64,000 nt of DNA from contig JAGOSG010000002.1 in the NCBI GenBank assembly GCA_018062445.1, positions 60,674 through 124,673 on the forward strand. Direction: 5' to 3'. Positions 1 through 9,607 of this stretch are shown one piece after another. The stretch's first letter is position 1. Each line of letters begins with the position of its first letter. The position numbers were made by a program, and so were the translations under genes. Below the pieces are notes generated by a model that ran no database searches, had not been told where the DNA came from, and worked only from the letters and a program-made list of their open reading frames with translations. Source of the DNA: Minisyncoccota bacterium (GTDB lineage Bacteria; Patescibacteriota; Minisyncoccia; Phycocordibacterales; Phycocordibacteraceae).

Positions 1-1301
1 CTATCAAACTCATTAGTGAACATCCCAAACGATGCAAAGGCGGGACTAAAAAGTATTAAATCTCCTTCTACGGCAGAATCCATAGCGTCTTTAAGTGCAT
101 CTTCCAATCGGTCATACACTGGAGCGTTCATGAATGTCGCAATGTTAGATGTCACAAGTCGTTCCGTTCCGCTCCCCGTAAGAAGAATTACTCTTTTCGC
201 ATAGGCAGGAACAAAGGACAATAGCTCCTGCATACTGAGCCCCTTATCTGCTCCACCCATTATTAAAATGGCACGGGATCCAGGAATAGCACGAAGAGCC
301 GCGAGTGTTGCCTCTGGAGTAGTAGAGCTGTTGTCATTATAAATACCGACTCCATGAATCTCTCGTAAAAACTCCAAGCGCCCTGGTACTCCCTTAAAGG
401 TAGCGACAGATTCTTTAATAACTTCCTCATCAATGCCAAGCGCTCGCGCAGTTTCTATGGCGCACATGGCGTTCAGGAGGTTGTGCACGCCGAGCATACT
501 TATTTCCCAACCACTCGGGAAGTACGCAGGATCAGCCACAACAAGTCTTGAGAGAATTTTCGATCCGTATTTTTTCTTAAGTACAGGCGCCACTTGAGCA
601 CCCACCACAAGTGTGTCATCAGGTTTTTGATTAAGAAAAACTTGAGCCTTATCGTTAAGATACAGATCCAAATCATCTCTGTAATAGTTCATGTGGTCAG
701 GCATGAAAGTTGTGAACACTGCAACAGTAGGACTAAGGCCTGCATCTCCAAAGCCTTGGCACTGCCACGAATCAAGCTCCATAAGTGCTATGGAGTTTTG
801 CGTTACCTCTGGCAAAAGCGCCAGCGTTGAAACTCCTCGTACATTACCGCCAAGGAGTACATGCATTTGAGCGCGCTTCATAATGTCTTCAAGTAAGTGC
901 GTAACAGTGGACTTGCCTCGTGTACCCGTCACACCCACCACAGGAATCTCTGAGAGTTCTGCAAACCACGAGGCACTCATCTTAATAGGAATCCCATTCT
1001 TCCTCGCTTCCTTTATATACAAGGAATCAATCGGCACTCCCGCTGCTTTTAAAATAAAATCTCTATCTCGAAAATCTTCAAGTTCGTGCCCACCAAGACG
1101 GTACCGTATGTTTGAAAAATGTTTCAGTTCATCGAGTGATGCACGAAGCTGTTCATCATCTTTGAGGTCAGTAATGATAAGCTCCGCCCCTGCTTCAGCT
1201 AGGAATTTTGCATCCCCCACTCCCCGACCTAAAAGCCCTAAGCCCATGAGGGTTATTCGCTTCCCATTGAAAAACTCCGCCTTCGAATCCATTCTGTGCA
1301 T
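1..1301 (-). CDS. murD: UDP-N-acetylmuramoylalanine--D-glutamate ligase (MurD); N-terminal ~430 aa in window, 3' end runs off window start
   Basis: Manual translation of the minus strand from ATG at 1301 (or 1292): MHRMDSKAEFFNGKRITLMGLGLLGRGVGDAKFLAEAGAELIITD... GVTGTRGKST (Mur-ligase P-loop) ... GDLILFSPAFASFGMFTNEF (MurD-type C-terminal region). Absent from the ORF track only because it is truncated by the window edge. Confidence 0.8.
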   Translation of the reverse strand, partial: MHRMDSKAEFFNGKRITLMGLGLLGRGVGDAKFLAEAGAELIITDLKDDEQLRASLDELKHFSNIRYRLGGHELEDFRDRDFILKAAGVPIDSLYIKEARKNGIPIKMSASWFAELSEIPVVGVTGTRGKSTVTHLLEDIMKRAQMHVLLGGNVRGVSTLALLPEVTQNSIALMELDSWQCQGFGDAGLSPTVAVFTTFMPDHMNYYRDDLDLYLNDKAQVFLNQKPDDTLVVGAQVAPVLKKKYGSKILSRLVVADPAYFPSGWEISMLGVHNLLNAMCAIETARALGIDEEVIKESVATFKGVPGRLEFLREIHGVGIYNDNSSTTPEATLAALRAIPGSRAILIMGGADKGLSMQELLSFVPAYAKRVILLTGSGTERLVTSNIATFMNAPVYDRLEDALKDAMDSAVEGDLILFSPAFASFGMFTNEFD

Positions 1302-1350
1302 TGTACTATTAATGACCGTTATTAGGTGTTAATCTTCCGATACCAGATTC

Positions 1351-1378
1351 TTGACATTCTGGTAGGTTTCTTTAAAAT
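1351..1378 (+). promoter_or_regulatory. candidate sigma70-type promoter (TTGACA-N16-TAAAAT) in the murD / decarboxylase divergent region
   Basis: TTGACA at 1351-1356 and TAAAAT at 1373-1378, about 19 nt upstream of the ATG at 1397; no SD motif in between. Confidence 0.35.
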
Positions 1379-1396
1379 AACGCCCTCTACAATCCA

Positions 1397-2776
1397 ATGC
1401 CTCGATCCAAAAAAAACTACAAACACTTCTGGAAACTCGGCCAAGAAGAGTACAATACGCAATACTTCGACATCACCCCTGATGGAGACTTGATGGTAAA
1501 GGAGGGCAACTACCAGTACAACGTTCACAACCTCATTAAGAAGTACGGCTCACCTCTTGAGATGGTGTTTCCGTTTATTCTTGAAAACCGCGTGAGAAAC
1601 CTCATCGACATTTTTGATGCGTATATCAAGCTCCACGGCTACAAAGGAAAGTTTTACTACCACTACGCAATGAAGGTGAACCAGAACAAGGAGTTCGTGC
1701 TCCCTGTTGTTTCTGAGGGTGGACACTTTGACGTCGCATCAGTAAACGAGCTCTGGATTGTAAAGCGAATGCTCGAGCAACAGCGCTTTAATCCAAAAAT
1801 CCGCGTCACCTGCAATGGCCCAAAAACAGAAGCGTACATCACTCTCATTGAACAATTAAACGCGAAAGGTCTCACTGTCATACCTATCATCGAGGACTAC
1901 AACGAGCTCGAGCGTTTGAAAAACTTTAAAGGTGAAACGGGAATCCGTTTGAATATGAGTATCCGCGTGCAGTCACACTGGGACAAACGATTTAACCGCT
2001 ACGGTTTCCGTGAAGACGAAATAGTGAAACTTGGTAAAATCCGCAACCTCAGTGTTCTTCACTACCACATCTCATCTCAGCTTGAGAAAGTAGATGGGCT
2101 TGTCGAACCTTTGAAGCGAGCGCTTGAAATCTACGAGAAGCTCCGTGTAAAAAACCCAGGACTCGACACCATCGACATGGGCGGTGGCGCAGGAGTGCCA
2201 TACGAAAAGAAAGGAAAATTTTACACAGGAAAGTCTGCAATAAATAAAATAGTCCGCACCGCAAAGAATTACTGCGACAAATCAGGTATCAAACATCCAA
2301 ACCTCATTGTTGAGTGGGGTCGTTACGTTGCTGCACCTGCACAAATTACACTCTATAAAATATTGACTGAAAAAAGCGTGAGTGAAGACGGCAAGCGCAA
2401 GTGGTACATCATTGATGGGAGCTTCATGAACGACCTCTTGGACACATGGGCTCTGAAGCAAAAGTGGCATGTTACACCAGCAAACAATATGAAGAACAGA
2501 AAGCTTCAGCGCATTTGGTTTGCAGGCTCTTCGTGTGATTCTGATGACAAATACACCGCAGGTGGTGGCAACATCTCCATGCCTCGCCTCGAAGACTTGG
2601 AGACCAACGACCACCAGTATGTTGCCTTCTACGACACAGGAGCATACCAAGACGCACTTGCCTCGCACCATTGCCTCCTCTCCTCCCCTGCAAAAATAAT
2701 CTGCCAAGACGGCGAAATTAAACTCGCACGTAGACGAGAGACCTCAGAAGACGTGGGCAAACAATTCGGTTGGTAA
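1397..2776 (+). CDS. speA: PLP-dependent Orn/DAP/Arg decarboxylase family 2, most likely biosynthetic arginine decarboxylase (short SpeA-like)
   Basis: 459 aa. HYAMKVN (PLP-lysine motif), FDVASVNEL, MGGGAGVPY (Gly-rich loop), EWGRYVAAP, AGSSCDSDD (CxSxD as in Arg decarboxylases). Sits with agmatine deiminase and N-carbamoylputrescine amidase. Confidence 0.65.
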   Translation: MPRSKKNYKHFWKLGQEEYNTQYFDITPDGDLMVKEGNYQYNVHNLIKKYGSPLEMVFPFILENRVRNLIDIFDAYIKLHGYKGKFYYHYAMKVNQNKEFVLPVVSEGGHFDVASVNELWIVKRMLEQQRFNPKIRVTCNGPKTEAYITLIEQLNAKGLTVIPIIEDYNELERLKNFKGETGIRLNMSIRVQSHWDKRFNRYGFREDEIVKLGKIRNLSVLHYHISSQLEKVDGLVEPLKRALEIYEKLRVKNPGLDTIDMGGGAGVPYEKKGKFYTGKSAINKIVRTAKNYCDKSGIKHPNLIVEWGRYVAAPAQITLYKILTEKSVSEDGKRKWYIIDGSFMNDLLDTWALKQKWHVTPANNMKNRKLQRIWFAGSSCDSDDKYTAGGGNISMPRLEDLETNDHQYVAFYDTGAYQDALASHHCLLSSPAKIICQDGEIKLARRRETSEDVGKQFGW

Positions 2777-2813
2777 GACACAGTCTTACCAGCAAAGTGC
2801 GCTCTCAGAGCTC

Positions 2814-3317
2814 ATGAAACAAATCCTTTTTCTAAATCCAGAAAATGTCTCTAAGGACGAAGCCGGAAGCTATCCTTTGCGTGAAGCGGCACGTGCAGTA
2901 GTGTCTGATGAAAATGGGATGATTGCACTTCTGCATGTTTCCAAAGAAAACTACTACAAGTTACCGGGAGGCGGACTTGAAAGCTCCGAGGATAAATTCT
3001 CAGCTCTCCAACGAGAATGCCTAGAAGAAATAGGTTGCGAAGTTGAGATAATTGCTGAAGCGGGTTCTATTTTGGAATACAGAAAAATTTTCAATATAAG
3101 GCAAATTTCATATTGCTATGTAGCAAAGACAAAAGGTGCAAAAGGAATACCTGATTTTACTCAACATGAGAAAGATAGAGGTTTTGAAATAATATGGCTG
3201 CAACCAGAAAAAGCAAAACAAGCACTTAGTGAAAGCCAAGCAACGAGCGACGAAGGTCGTTTATATATTGTGCCGCGAGATCTCGCACTGCTGGAGGCCG
3301 CTTTAATTTTAAGCTAG
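2814..3317 (+). CDS. Nudix hydrolase
   Basis: 167 aa with a Nudix box: PGGGLESSEDKFSALQRECLEEIGCEV (Gx5Ex7REUxEExGU). Confidence 0.7.
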   Translation: MKQILFLNPENVSKDEAGSYPLREAARAVVSDENGMIALLHVSKENYYKLPGGGLESSEDKFSALQRECLEEIGCEVEIIAEAGSILEYRKIFNIRQISYCYVAKTKGAKGIPDFTQHEKDRGFEIIWLQPEKAKQALSESQATSDEGRLYIVPRDLALLEAALILS

Positions 3318-4423
3318 AGATCCAAAAGGACAGCGGCGATCCAGGGGAACGCTACGGTTACATCGCTTTGAATGATGTTGTAATAGCTCGTGGTTGAAAG
3401 TTTGTCCCAGGTTATTTTCTCTTTTCCACCTGCACCCGAGTAAGAACCATACGACATTGGGGATGAACCAATTTCAACAAATCCTGCCCAGTCACGCACA
3501 CCTTTGAGCTGTAAGTCATGCTTGAGTGATGGCACAACACAAATTGGAAAGTCTGCCGCGATACCGCCACCGAGTTGCAAAAATGCTATTGGGGCATTCT
3601 TTGATTCCTTCATGTACCAGTCGTACATCAGGTGGAAGTAGTCCAAACCTGTTTTCATAACACCTGCCTCCACTTCCGTGTCTCCTTTCTTTTTGTGAGG
3701 GCCATTGTAGGTGTAGCTTGCAAAAATGTTACCCATCGTTGAATCTTCAAACCCCGGCACGACAATAGGAATGTTTTTCTCGTATGCGGCGTATGTCCAA
3801 CAATCATTGGGGTTCGCCTTTGCATCAGGTTTGATTAACTTCTCAGCGAAAAGTCTGCGGAAATATTCGTGTGGGTAGTGACTCTCACCTTTCTTTGCGG
3901 CCTCATGCCACATCTTCAAAAGGTGCGGTTCCATGATGCGAACACTCTCGTCCTCAGGAAGGAAGGTGTCGGTAATACGACGAAGTCCTGCGTCTCGAAG
4001 TTCTGCTTCTTGTGCGGGTGTGAGTTCGGTGTAGCGAGGAATGTTAGCGTAGTGTGAGTGCGCCACATAGCGGTAGTACGACTCTTCGTGGTTTGCTCCT
4101 GTTGCAGAAACCAAGTGCACTTTGTTTTGGCGAATGAGTTCCGCAAGCATGATTCCTATCTGGAATGAACTCAAGGCACCTGCCAATGTCACCACCAATT
4201 TTCCACCATTTTTCAGGTGGTCTTTGAGCCACAACGCTGCCTCCATCGTCGCTCCCCCGTTGGTGTGATTGAGTGTTCGTTCAGCGAAGCTACTGACAGG
4301 ATTCTTACTCTTTTTGATGTTTGCGGACAGAGTGCCTGAGGTGACCCGAGCATCAGGCTGAATAAACTTCTTGAGAGCTGGAGAAAGCTTATCTATCTTC
4401 TTTTTTGATGAGTTTTTTTTCAT
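3314..4423 (-). CDS. deoxyhypusine synthase-like protein (homospermidine synthase family)
   Basis: 369 aa; LVSATGANHEES and QLGGGIAADFPICVVPSLKHD resemble DHS-family NAD/spermidine-binding motifs. Diverges from the polyamine genes. Confidence 0.55.
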   Translation of the reverse strand: MKKNSSKKKIDKLSPALKKFIQPDARVTSGTLSANIKKSKNPVSSFAERTLNHTNGGATMEAALWLKDHLKNGGKLVVTLAGALSSFQIGIMLAELIRQNKVHLVSATGANHEESYYRYVAHSHYANIPRYTELTPAQEAELRDAGLRRITDTFLPEDESVRIMEPHLLKMWHEAAKKGESHYPHEYFRRLFAEKLIKPDAKANPNDCWTYAAYEKNIPIVVPGFEDSTMGNIFASYTYNGPHKKKGDTEVEAGVMKTGLDYFHLMYDWYMKESKNAPIAFLQLGGGIAADFPICVVPSLKHDLQLKGVRDWAGFVEIGSSPMSYGSYSGAGGKEKITWDKLSTTSYYNIIQSDVTVAFPWIAAVLLDL

Positions 4424-4524
4424 AGTTGAAATCGTGCTAATGGTATCTCACATGAGTGGTGTGTCAATTATGCCTTAGTGAGGCAAATCCAAAATAGTGG
4501 ACATCGGAACTCTAAAATATATAA

Positions 4525-4672
4525 TTAAAATCTAGAGTATTTTCGGAAACCCGCTTTCGAACCGAGGAGAGTGATTTTTGAAGCGAGACGCAAGCTGGAA
4601 AACGAAGAATATCAGAGATATTTTGAGTTCGAAGCGTAGTGTCGTAGCAAAAAATCACTCTTCGCAGAGCCG
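4525..4672 (+). promoter_or_regulatory. structured divergent intergenic region (long-range inverted repeat) upstream of the aguB-like gene
   Basis: cgaggagagtgattttt (about 4563-4580) pairs with aaaaatcactcttcgcag (about 4643-4660), enclosing roughly 60 nt with internal stems; lies between divergent starts at 4423(-) and 4675(+). Confidence 0.25.
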
Positions 4673-4674
4673 GA

Positions 4675-5562
4675 ATGGGGTTTCAGAAAATGCTCAAAAA
4701 AATGAAAAAAAACTCCCTCGTTACCATCGGAGCAGTGCAGAGCAAGGTCTCTGCCGATATGCACAAAAACCTTGCGCATACGCTTACGCTCGTGCGGAGT
4801 GCTGCAAAGAAAGGTGCGAAAATAATCTCTCTTCAAGAGCTCTACCGCACCGAATACTTTCCTCAATACAAGAAAAACAAATTCGACAAGTACTCAGAAA
4901 CCATTCCGGGAGAATCCACAAAGGCCTTTAGCGCACTCGCAAAAGAACTCGGCGTCGTTATCATTGTTCCCCTGTTCGAGAAAACAAAAGACGGCCACTA
5001 CTACAATTCAGCGGTTGTTATTGATCACACTGGAAAAATATTGCCGACCTACCGCAAAATCCATATCCCACAGGATGCGCTCTTTTATGAGAAGAATTAC
5101 TTCAAAGAAAGCCCCGACGGCTACAAGATATACAAAACAAAGTTTGGCACCTTTGCCGTGCTCATTTGCTACGACCAGTGGTTCCCTGAAGCTGCACGCA
5201 TGGCAACCTTGGCTGGCGCAGACATCATCTTCTACCCCACTGCTATCGGCTATGTGCAGGGCTACAAGTCGCCTGACGGTGATTGGCATGATGCGTGGGA
5301 AACAATAATGCGTGGACACGCCATCGCAAATGGTGTGCATGTCGTTGCCATCAACCGCACAGGCAAAGAAGATAAACTAAATTTCTGGGGACAATCATTT
5401 GCCTGCGACTCATTCGGCAAGATACTCAAACGCGCTAGTGCTACAAAAGAGGAGGTGCTCGTCGCAACGCTCGACCTTTCACATAACAAACGCATTCGTG
5501 AAGGATGGGGATTTTTCAGGAATCGTCGCCCTGACACCTATCAGTTCAATCCTGCCAAATAA
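4675..5562 (+). CDS. aguB: N-carbamoylputrescine amidase (carbon-nitrogen hydrolase / nitrilase superfamily)
   Basis: 295 aa; CN-hydrolase pattern ...AKIISLQELYRTEYFP... (catalytic Glu region), ...FAVLICYDQWFPE (catalytic Cys). Immediately upstream of agmatine deiminase. Start may instead be the internal Met near 4690-4700. Confidence 0.7.
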   Translation: MGFQKMLKKMKKNSLVTIGAVQSKVSADMHKNLAHTLTLVRSAAKKGAKIISLQELYRTEYFPQYKKNKFDKYSETIPGESTKAFSALAKELGVVIIVPLFEKTKDGHYYNSAVVIDHTGKILPTYRKIHIPQDALFYEKNYFKESPDGYKIYKTKFGTFAVLICYDQWFPEAARMATLAGADIIFYPTAIGYVQGYKSPDGDWHDAWETIMRGHAIANGVHVVAINRTGKEDKLNFWGQSFACDSFGKILKRASATKEEVLVATLDLSHNKRIREGWGFFRNRRPDTYQFNPAK

Positions 5563-6606
5563 ATGGATACTTCAAAAAAGCCAAGCGACTTGGGTTTCTC
5601 TATGCCCGCAGAGTGGGAAAAGCACTCCGCTGTGTGGCTCTCATGGCCCCACGACACCACTTCATTCCCCCACCTCAATGAAGCAGAAGAATCTTTTGCT
5701 GAATTCATAAAGGAAATTTCTACTTCAGAGAAAGTTGAACTGCAGGTTTTGAATGAGGTGATGCTTGATCATGTAACTGAAGCTTTGGAAGAAAAAGGTG
5801 TAGATATGGAAAGAGTCACCTTCCATCCCGCTAACTATGCTGACATTTGGTTCCGAGACTACGGCCCAATCTTTGTAACAAACAAAGAAACTAAAGAGCT
5901 CGCCATGGCGAAGTGGACTTTTAATGCGTGGGGTAACAAATACAAAATCCTTCTGAAGGACAACGAGGTTCCTTACGCTATGAACGCAGAAATGAAACTG
6001 CCTATGTTTGAACCAGGCATTGTTATGGAGGGAGGTTCCATCGAAGTGAACGGAAAAGGAACCCTAATGACCACCGAGCAATGCTTACTCAATAAAAATC
6101 GCAACCCAAACTTGAGTCGTGAACAAATTGAGAAATACCTAAGCGACTACCTTGGTATCCGCCATTTCATTTGGCTTAAAGAAGGGATTGAAGGCGATGA
6201 CACTGACGGACACATTGACGACATCGCGCGCTTTGTAAACCCCACAACGGTGCTGTGTGCATACGAAGAAGATGAATCGCACCCTGATCACGCAATCTTG
6301 AAAGAGAATTTTGAAATACTGCAACACTCTACTGACCAGGATGGTAATCCCCTCTCTGTTATCAAGCTCCCTACTCCAGGAAAAATATCGGCCCACGTTG
6401 AGCCTCTGCCTGCGAGCTATGCAAATTTTTATATTGGAAACACAAAAGTCTTAGTTCCTACCTTTGGTACTGCAAACGACCAGAAAGCCTTAGACATCAT
6501 TCAATCAGTTTTCCCTGACAGGAAAGTTATAGGAATTGATGCAACCTATCTCGTGTATGGACTCGGCACCTTCCATTGCATGAGCCAGCAACAACCTGAG
6601 ATATAA
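5563..6606 (+). CDS. aguA: agmatine deiminase
   Basis: 347 aa; [57 protein letters not shown]-terminal [11 protein letters not shown] (catalytic Cys). Confidence 0.85.
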   Translation: MDTSKKPSDLGFSMPAEWEKHSAVWLSWPHDTTSFPHLNEAEESFAEFIKEISTSEKVELQVLNEVMLDHVTEALEEKGVDMERVTFHPANYADIWFRDYGPIFVTNKETKELAMAKWTFNAWGNKYKILLKDNEVPYAMNAEMKLPMFEPGIVMEGGSIEVNGKGTLMTTEQCLLNKNRNPNLSREQIEKYLSDYLGIRHFIWLKEGIEGDDTDGHIDDIARFVNPTTVLCAYEEDESHPDHAILKENFEILQHSTDQDGNPLSVIKLPTPGKISAHVEPLPASYANFYIGNTKVLVPTFGTANDQKALDIIQSVFPDRKVIGIDATYLVYGLGTFHCMSQQQPEI

Positions 6607-6607
6607 G

Positions 6608-6689
6608 TGGGTGTGAGAGGATTCGAACCTCCAAGGATTGCTCCATACGCTTCTGAGGCGTACGCGTATTCCAGTTCCGCCACACACCC
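6608..6689 (-). tRNA. tRNA-Leu (anticodon CAG), long variable arm, no encoded CCA
   Basis: Reverse complement: GGGTGTG-TG-GCGGAACTGGAATACGC-G-TACGC-CTCAGAA-GCGTA-TGGAGCAATCCTTGGA-GGAGG-TTCGAAT-CCTCT-CACACCC-A. Acceptor 7 bp, anticodon loop CTCAGAA, T-loop TTCGAAT. Confidence 0.8.
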
Positions 6690-6959
6690 GTCAGGCGCAT
6701 AGTACATTCGCTATAGTTGCTCTACAAACTTTTACCACGACTGTTTCCACCAATGACCTTTGGGGCAAAGAACGACGATTGTTCGTGGCGTTGAACGCTG
6801 TGGACTCAACCTCTTCTCAAAGCGGAATGAACAAGTTGGGCAACAAAACCCTACCGTTTCTTTCTTCGCTTTTATTTTTTCATTATGTGCCATGGTGTAA
6901 ATTTTATGATTCGCTCACAAATCCTTTAGTACTTTACTCCTAAGAATTGGGAAATGCCA

Positions 6960-7145
6960 AGGGCGCTCTAGGATTCGGTCACAGCCCATGCGCACACTTG
7001 TGGTCATAGAAATTTAGCTCTAGGATTCTCGCCTTACAGGCGCAGTACGGGTTTCGCATTCACTTCGCTAGACGCTCGTTCATAAACTCAACCGCATTCG
7101 AATCCTAGACGCAAGGCAAGCAGATGCCTTGCTAGCGCGCACCAG
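6960..7145. repeat. cluster of partial copies of the tRNA-Ile 3' end (pseudo-tRNA fragments / possible integration scars)
   Basis: gcgctctaggattcgg (about 6963), agctctaggattctcg (about 7015) and, on the plus strand, ttcgaatcctag-[25-nt hairpin acgcaaggcaagcagatgccttgct]-agcgcgcacca (7093-7144). All replicate the T-arm/acceptor/CCA of the bona fide tRNA-Ile at 7182-7257, but the T-stems cannot pair. Confidence 0.4.
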
Positions 7146-7149
7146 CAAT

Positions 7150-7180
7150 AAAAACGCCCGCCTTGGGGCGGGGTTTATTA
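7150..7180 (-). terminator. bidirectional intrinsic terminator hairpin downstream of tRNA-Ile
   Basis: aaaaaCGCCCGCCttggGGCGGGGtttatta: GC stem flanked by A/T runs on both strands. Confidence 0.5.
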
Positions 7181-7181
7181 C

Positions 7182-7257
7182 TGGTGCGCGCTCTAGGATT
7201 CGAACCTAGGACCCTCCGAGTATCAGTCGAATGCTCTACCAACTGAGCTAAGCGCGC
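7182..7257 (-). tRNA. tRNA-Ile (anticodon GAU) with encoded CCA
   Basis: Reverse complement (76 nt): GCGCGCT-TA-GCTC-AGTTGGTA-GAGC-A-TTCGA-CTGATAC-TCGGA-GGGTC-CTAGG-TTCGAAT-CCTAG-AGCGCGC-A-CCA. Cloverleaf complete. Confidence 0.85.
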
Positions 7258-7717
7258 AAATGCCTACCGTGCGTACCCTTGAGCTAACTGCTCGCGAGTA
7301 TCGGAAATACTAGCAAAAATAAGGCTCTCTAACAACGCTATCAAGCCCCTTGCTCGCGCTCAAGGTGTCCTACAAATCGCCTATCTGAAGGACGCCCTTC
7401 AGATGCGGCATGTACCGCTGCACGAAGAGCTCGACCATCATCACCTTTGCGTTTTGGTTTGAATCTGTCTAAATTTTCTTTCGCCATAAACCGCATACTA
7501 TGACTTCCCCTCACTCATGTCAAAAAGCCACCCTGTTAGGGTAGCTTTTTAAAAACCAAAGCAGTCAATCAAGTTCCTCTCTTTCTTCTGTTCCGCATAT
7601 CCCCGTTTCGACAATCGGGGTGCCGGATACCATTTAGAGTTGTGTATCAATACTCTGTACCTGACAATCGACCGGATTAATTTTGAACAGAATAAATTCT
7701 GAGCAAAACATTTTCCG

Positions 7718-9175
7718 CATGGAATTGTTCCACGACCAGCTTCCGCTAGCCGTGCCTTGTTACAACTTACTCCCTGTTACCGAGCTTACCGTAGACCGTG
7801 ATAAACACGGGCGTCGGGTCCTCCCGGCTCCCTTGAGTTGATGGGCGGTGAGTACAAAATTCGAGAACGTATTCACCGTAGTATAGCTGACCTACGATTA
7901 CTAGCGATTCCAGCTTCAAGAGGTCGAGTTGCAGACCTCTATCCGTACTGAGGAGGCGTTTTGGGATTTGCTCCACCTTACGGTATTGCTTCCTTTTGTC
8001 GCCCCCATTGTATCACGTGTGCAGCCCAGGGCATCAGAGGGACATGCTGATCTGGCGTCATCCCCTCCTTCCTCTCCCGTGAGGGAGCAGTCTCGTCTGA
8101 CATATAAAACAGACAACGGGGGTTGCGTTCGTTTCCCCACTTAAGGGAACAGCTCAAGCCACGAACTGACGACGACCATGCATCACCTGCCATACACCCT
8201 CGAAGGCTCCCAATGTTTCTACTGGGATGCAGTATGGTTTCAAGCCCTGGTAAGGTTCTTCGTTTACCGACGAATTAAGCCACATGATCCACCGCTTGTG
8301 CGAATTCCCGTCTATTCCTTTGAGTTTTAGTCTTGCGACCGTACTACCCAGGCGGTTCCCTTAACGCGTTAGCTACGCCACGAAGAGGGTCGATACTCCT
8401 CATAGCTAGGGAACATGGTTTAGGGCGTGGACTACAAGGGTATCTAATCCTTTTCGCTACCCACGCTTTCGTGCCTCAGTGTCAGGAATGTCCTAGTATG
8501 CTGCCTTCGCATTCGGTGTTCCCCATGATATCAACGGATTTCACCCCTACACCATGAGTTCCACATACCTCTTACATCCTCTAGTTTTACCGTTTCCCCC
8601 CGAGCCTCGGAGTTGAGCTCCGAGAATTTAAAGGAGGACTAATAAAACCACCTACGCACCCTTTACGCCCAGTAATTCCGGATAATGCTTGGGGCCTCTG
8701 TATTACCGCTCCTGCTGGCACAGAGTTAGGAGCCCCTTATTCATGAGGTACTGTCAAAACTTCATCCCTCATAAAAGGTGTTTACGTCCCGAAGGACTTC
8801 ATCCACCACGCGGCGTCGCTCCGTCAGACTTTCGTCCATTGCGGAAGATTCTCGACTGCGGCCTCCCGTAGGAGTAAGGACCGTATCTCAGTTCCATCGG
8901 TGGGGGTCAGCCTCTCAGCTCCCCTAAACGTCATAGCCTTGGTGAGCCATTACCTCACCAACTAGCTGATATTACGCAGGCTCCTCCTAGAGCGAATTGC
9001 TCCTTTACACCTTAGTGACTATCGAGAATTGCGCCATCTTTCGATGGAATATGCTCGACTCTAGGGTAGATTCCTACGTGTTACTACCTCGTCTGCCGTG
9101 GGTCTAAACCCACTCGACTTGCATGCCTTATCCACGCCGCCAGCATTCATCCTGAGCTAGGATCAAACTCTAATT
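7718..9175 (-). rRNA. rrs: 16S rRNA (about 1.46 kb)
   Basis: 5' end AGAGTTTGATCCTAGCTCAG (revcomp of 9151-9172). 530-loop region GTGCCAGCAGGAGCGGTAATAC (revcomp of about 8700-8722). 3' end ...GTAACAAGGCACGGCTAGCGGAAGCTGGTCGTGGAACAATTCC (helix 45 with GGAA loop conserved). ORF-track ORFs 7767-8871 are spurious. Confidence 0.85.
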
Positions 9176-9607
9176 TAAGATCTCATGCCTCCAATTGAAG
9201 GGCACGAAATCAATACACGGAACAGAAGAAAAAGAAGAAAATCTTTTATCTTCGGATCTTTTGATTTCTTGGCTCTTGATTACTACTTACTTTTTTGTGT
9301 TTTACGATTGGCTCCTATGCTAGTCGTAAAACTTACTGGTCTTCGTACTTTTACGTACGTATTCAATTTTCAAAGATCTCTGTGGTATTCGGGCTTACGC
9401 CCTCACACGACTGCACTCGCTCGGAAATGAAAAATAAATTTTCCTTCCCCTCACTCGCTTGTCGATAAAAAAAGCCGAAGCTTTTTCTTTACTCCGGCAT
9501 ACGGGTGAATCGTCTTTCGTTGAATCAGTTTGTTCCCATATGACAAATATAACCGCATGCCACAGCAAGCGTTTGTCTATACTACTCCCCCGCCCCAAAG
9601 CAGTCAA

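Noticed and set aside
7060-7145. Functional plus-strand tRNA (or tmRNA tRNA-like domain) ending AGCGCGCACCA at 7144
   Set aside because: The putative T-stem (CCGCA / CCTAG) cannot pair, there is no matching 5' acceptor strand and no D-arm; best explained as a fragment copy of the neighbouring tRNA-Ile.
7767-8871. ORF-track ORFs inside the 16S rRNA (7767-7976, 7916-8140, 7929-8144, 7978-8193, 8333-8557, 8689-8871)
   Set aside because: They overlap universally conserved 16S sequence on both strands; no protein-like features; spurious.
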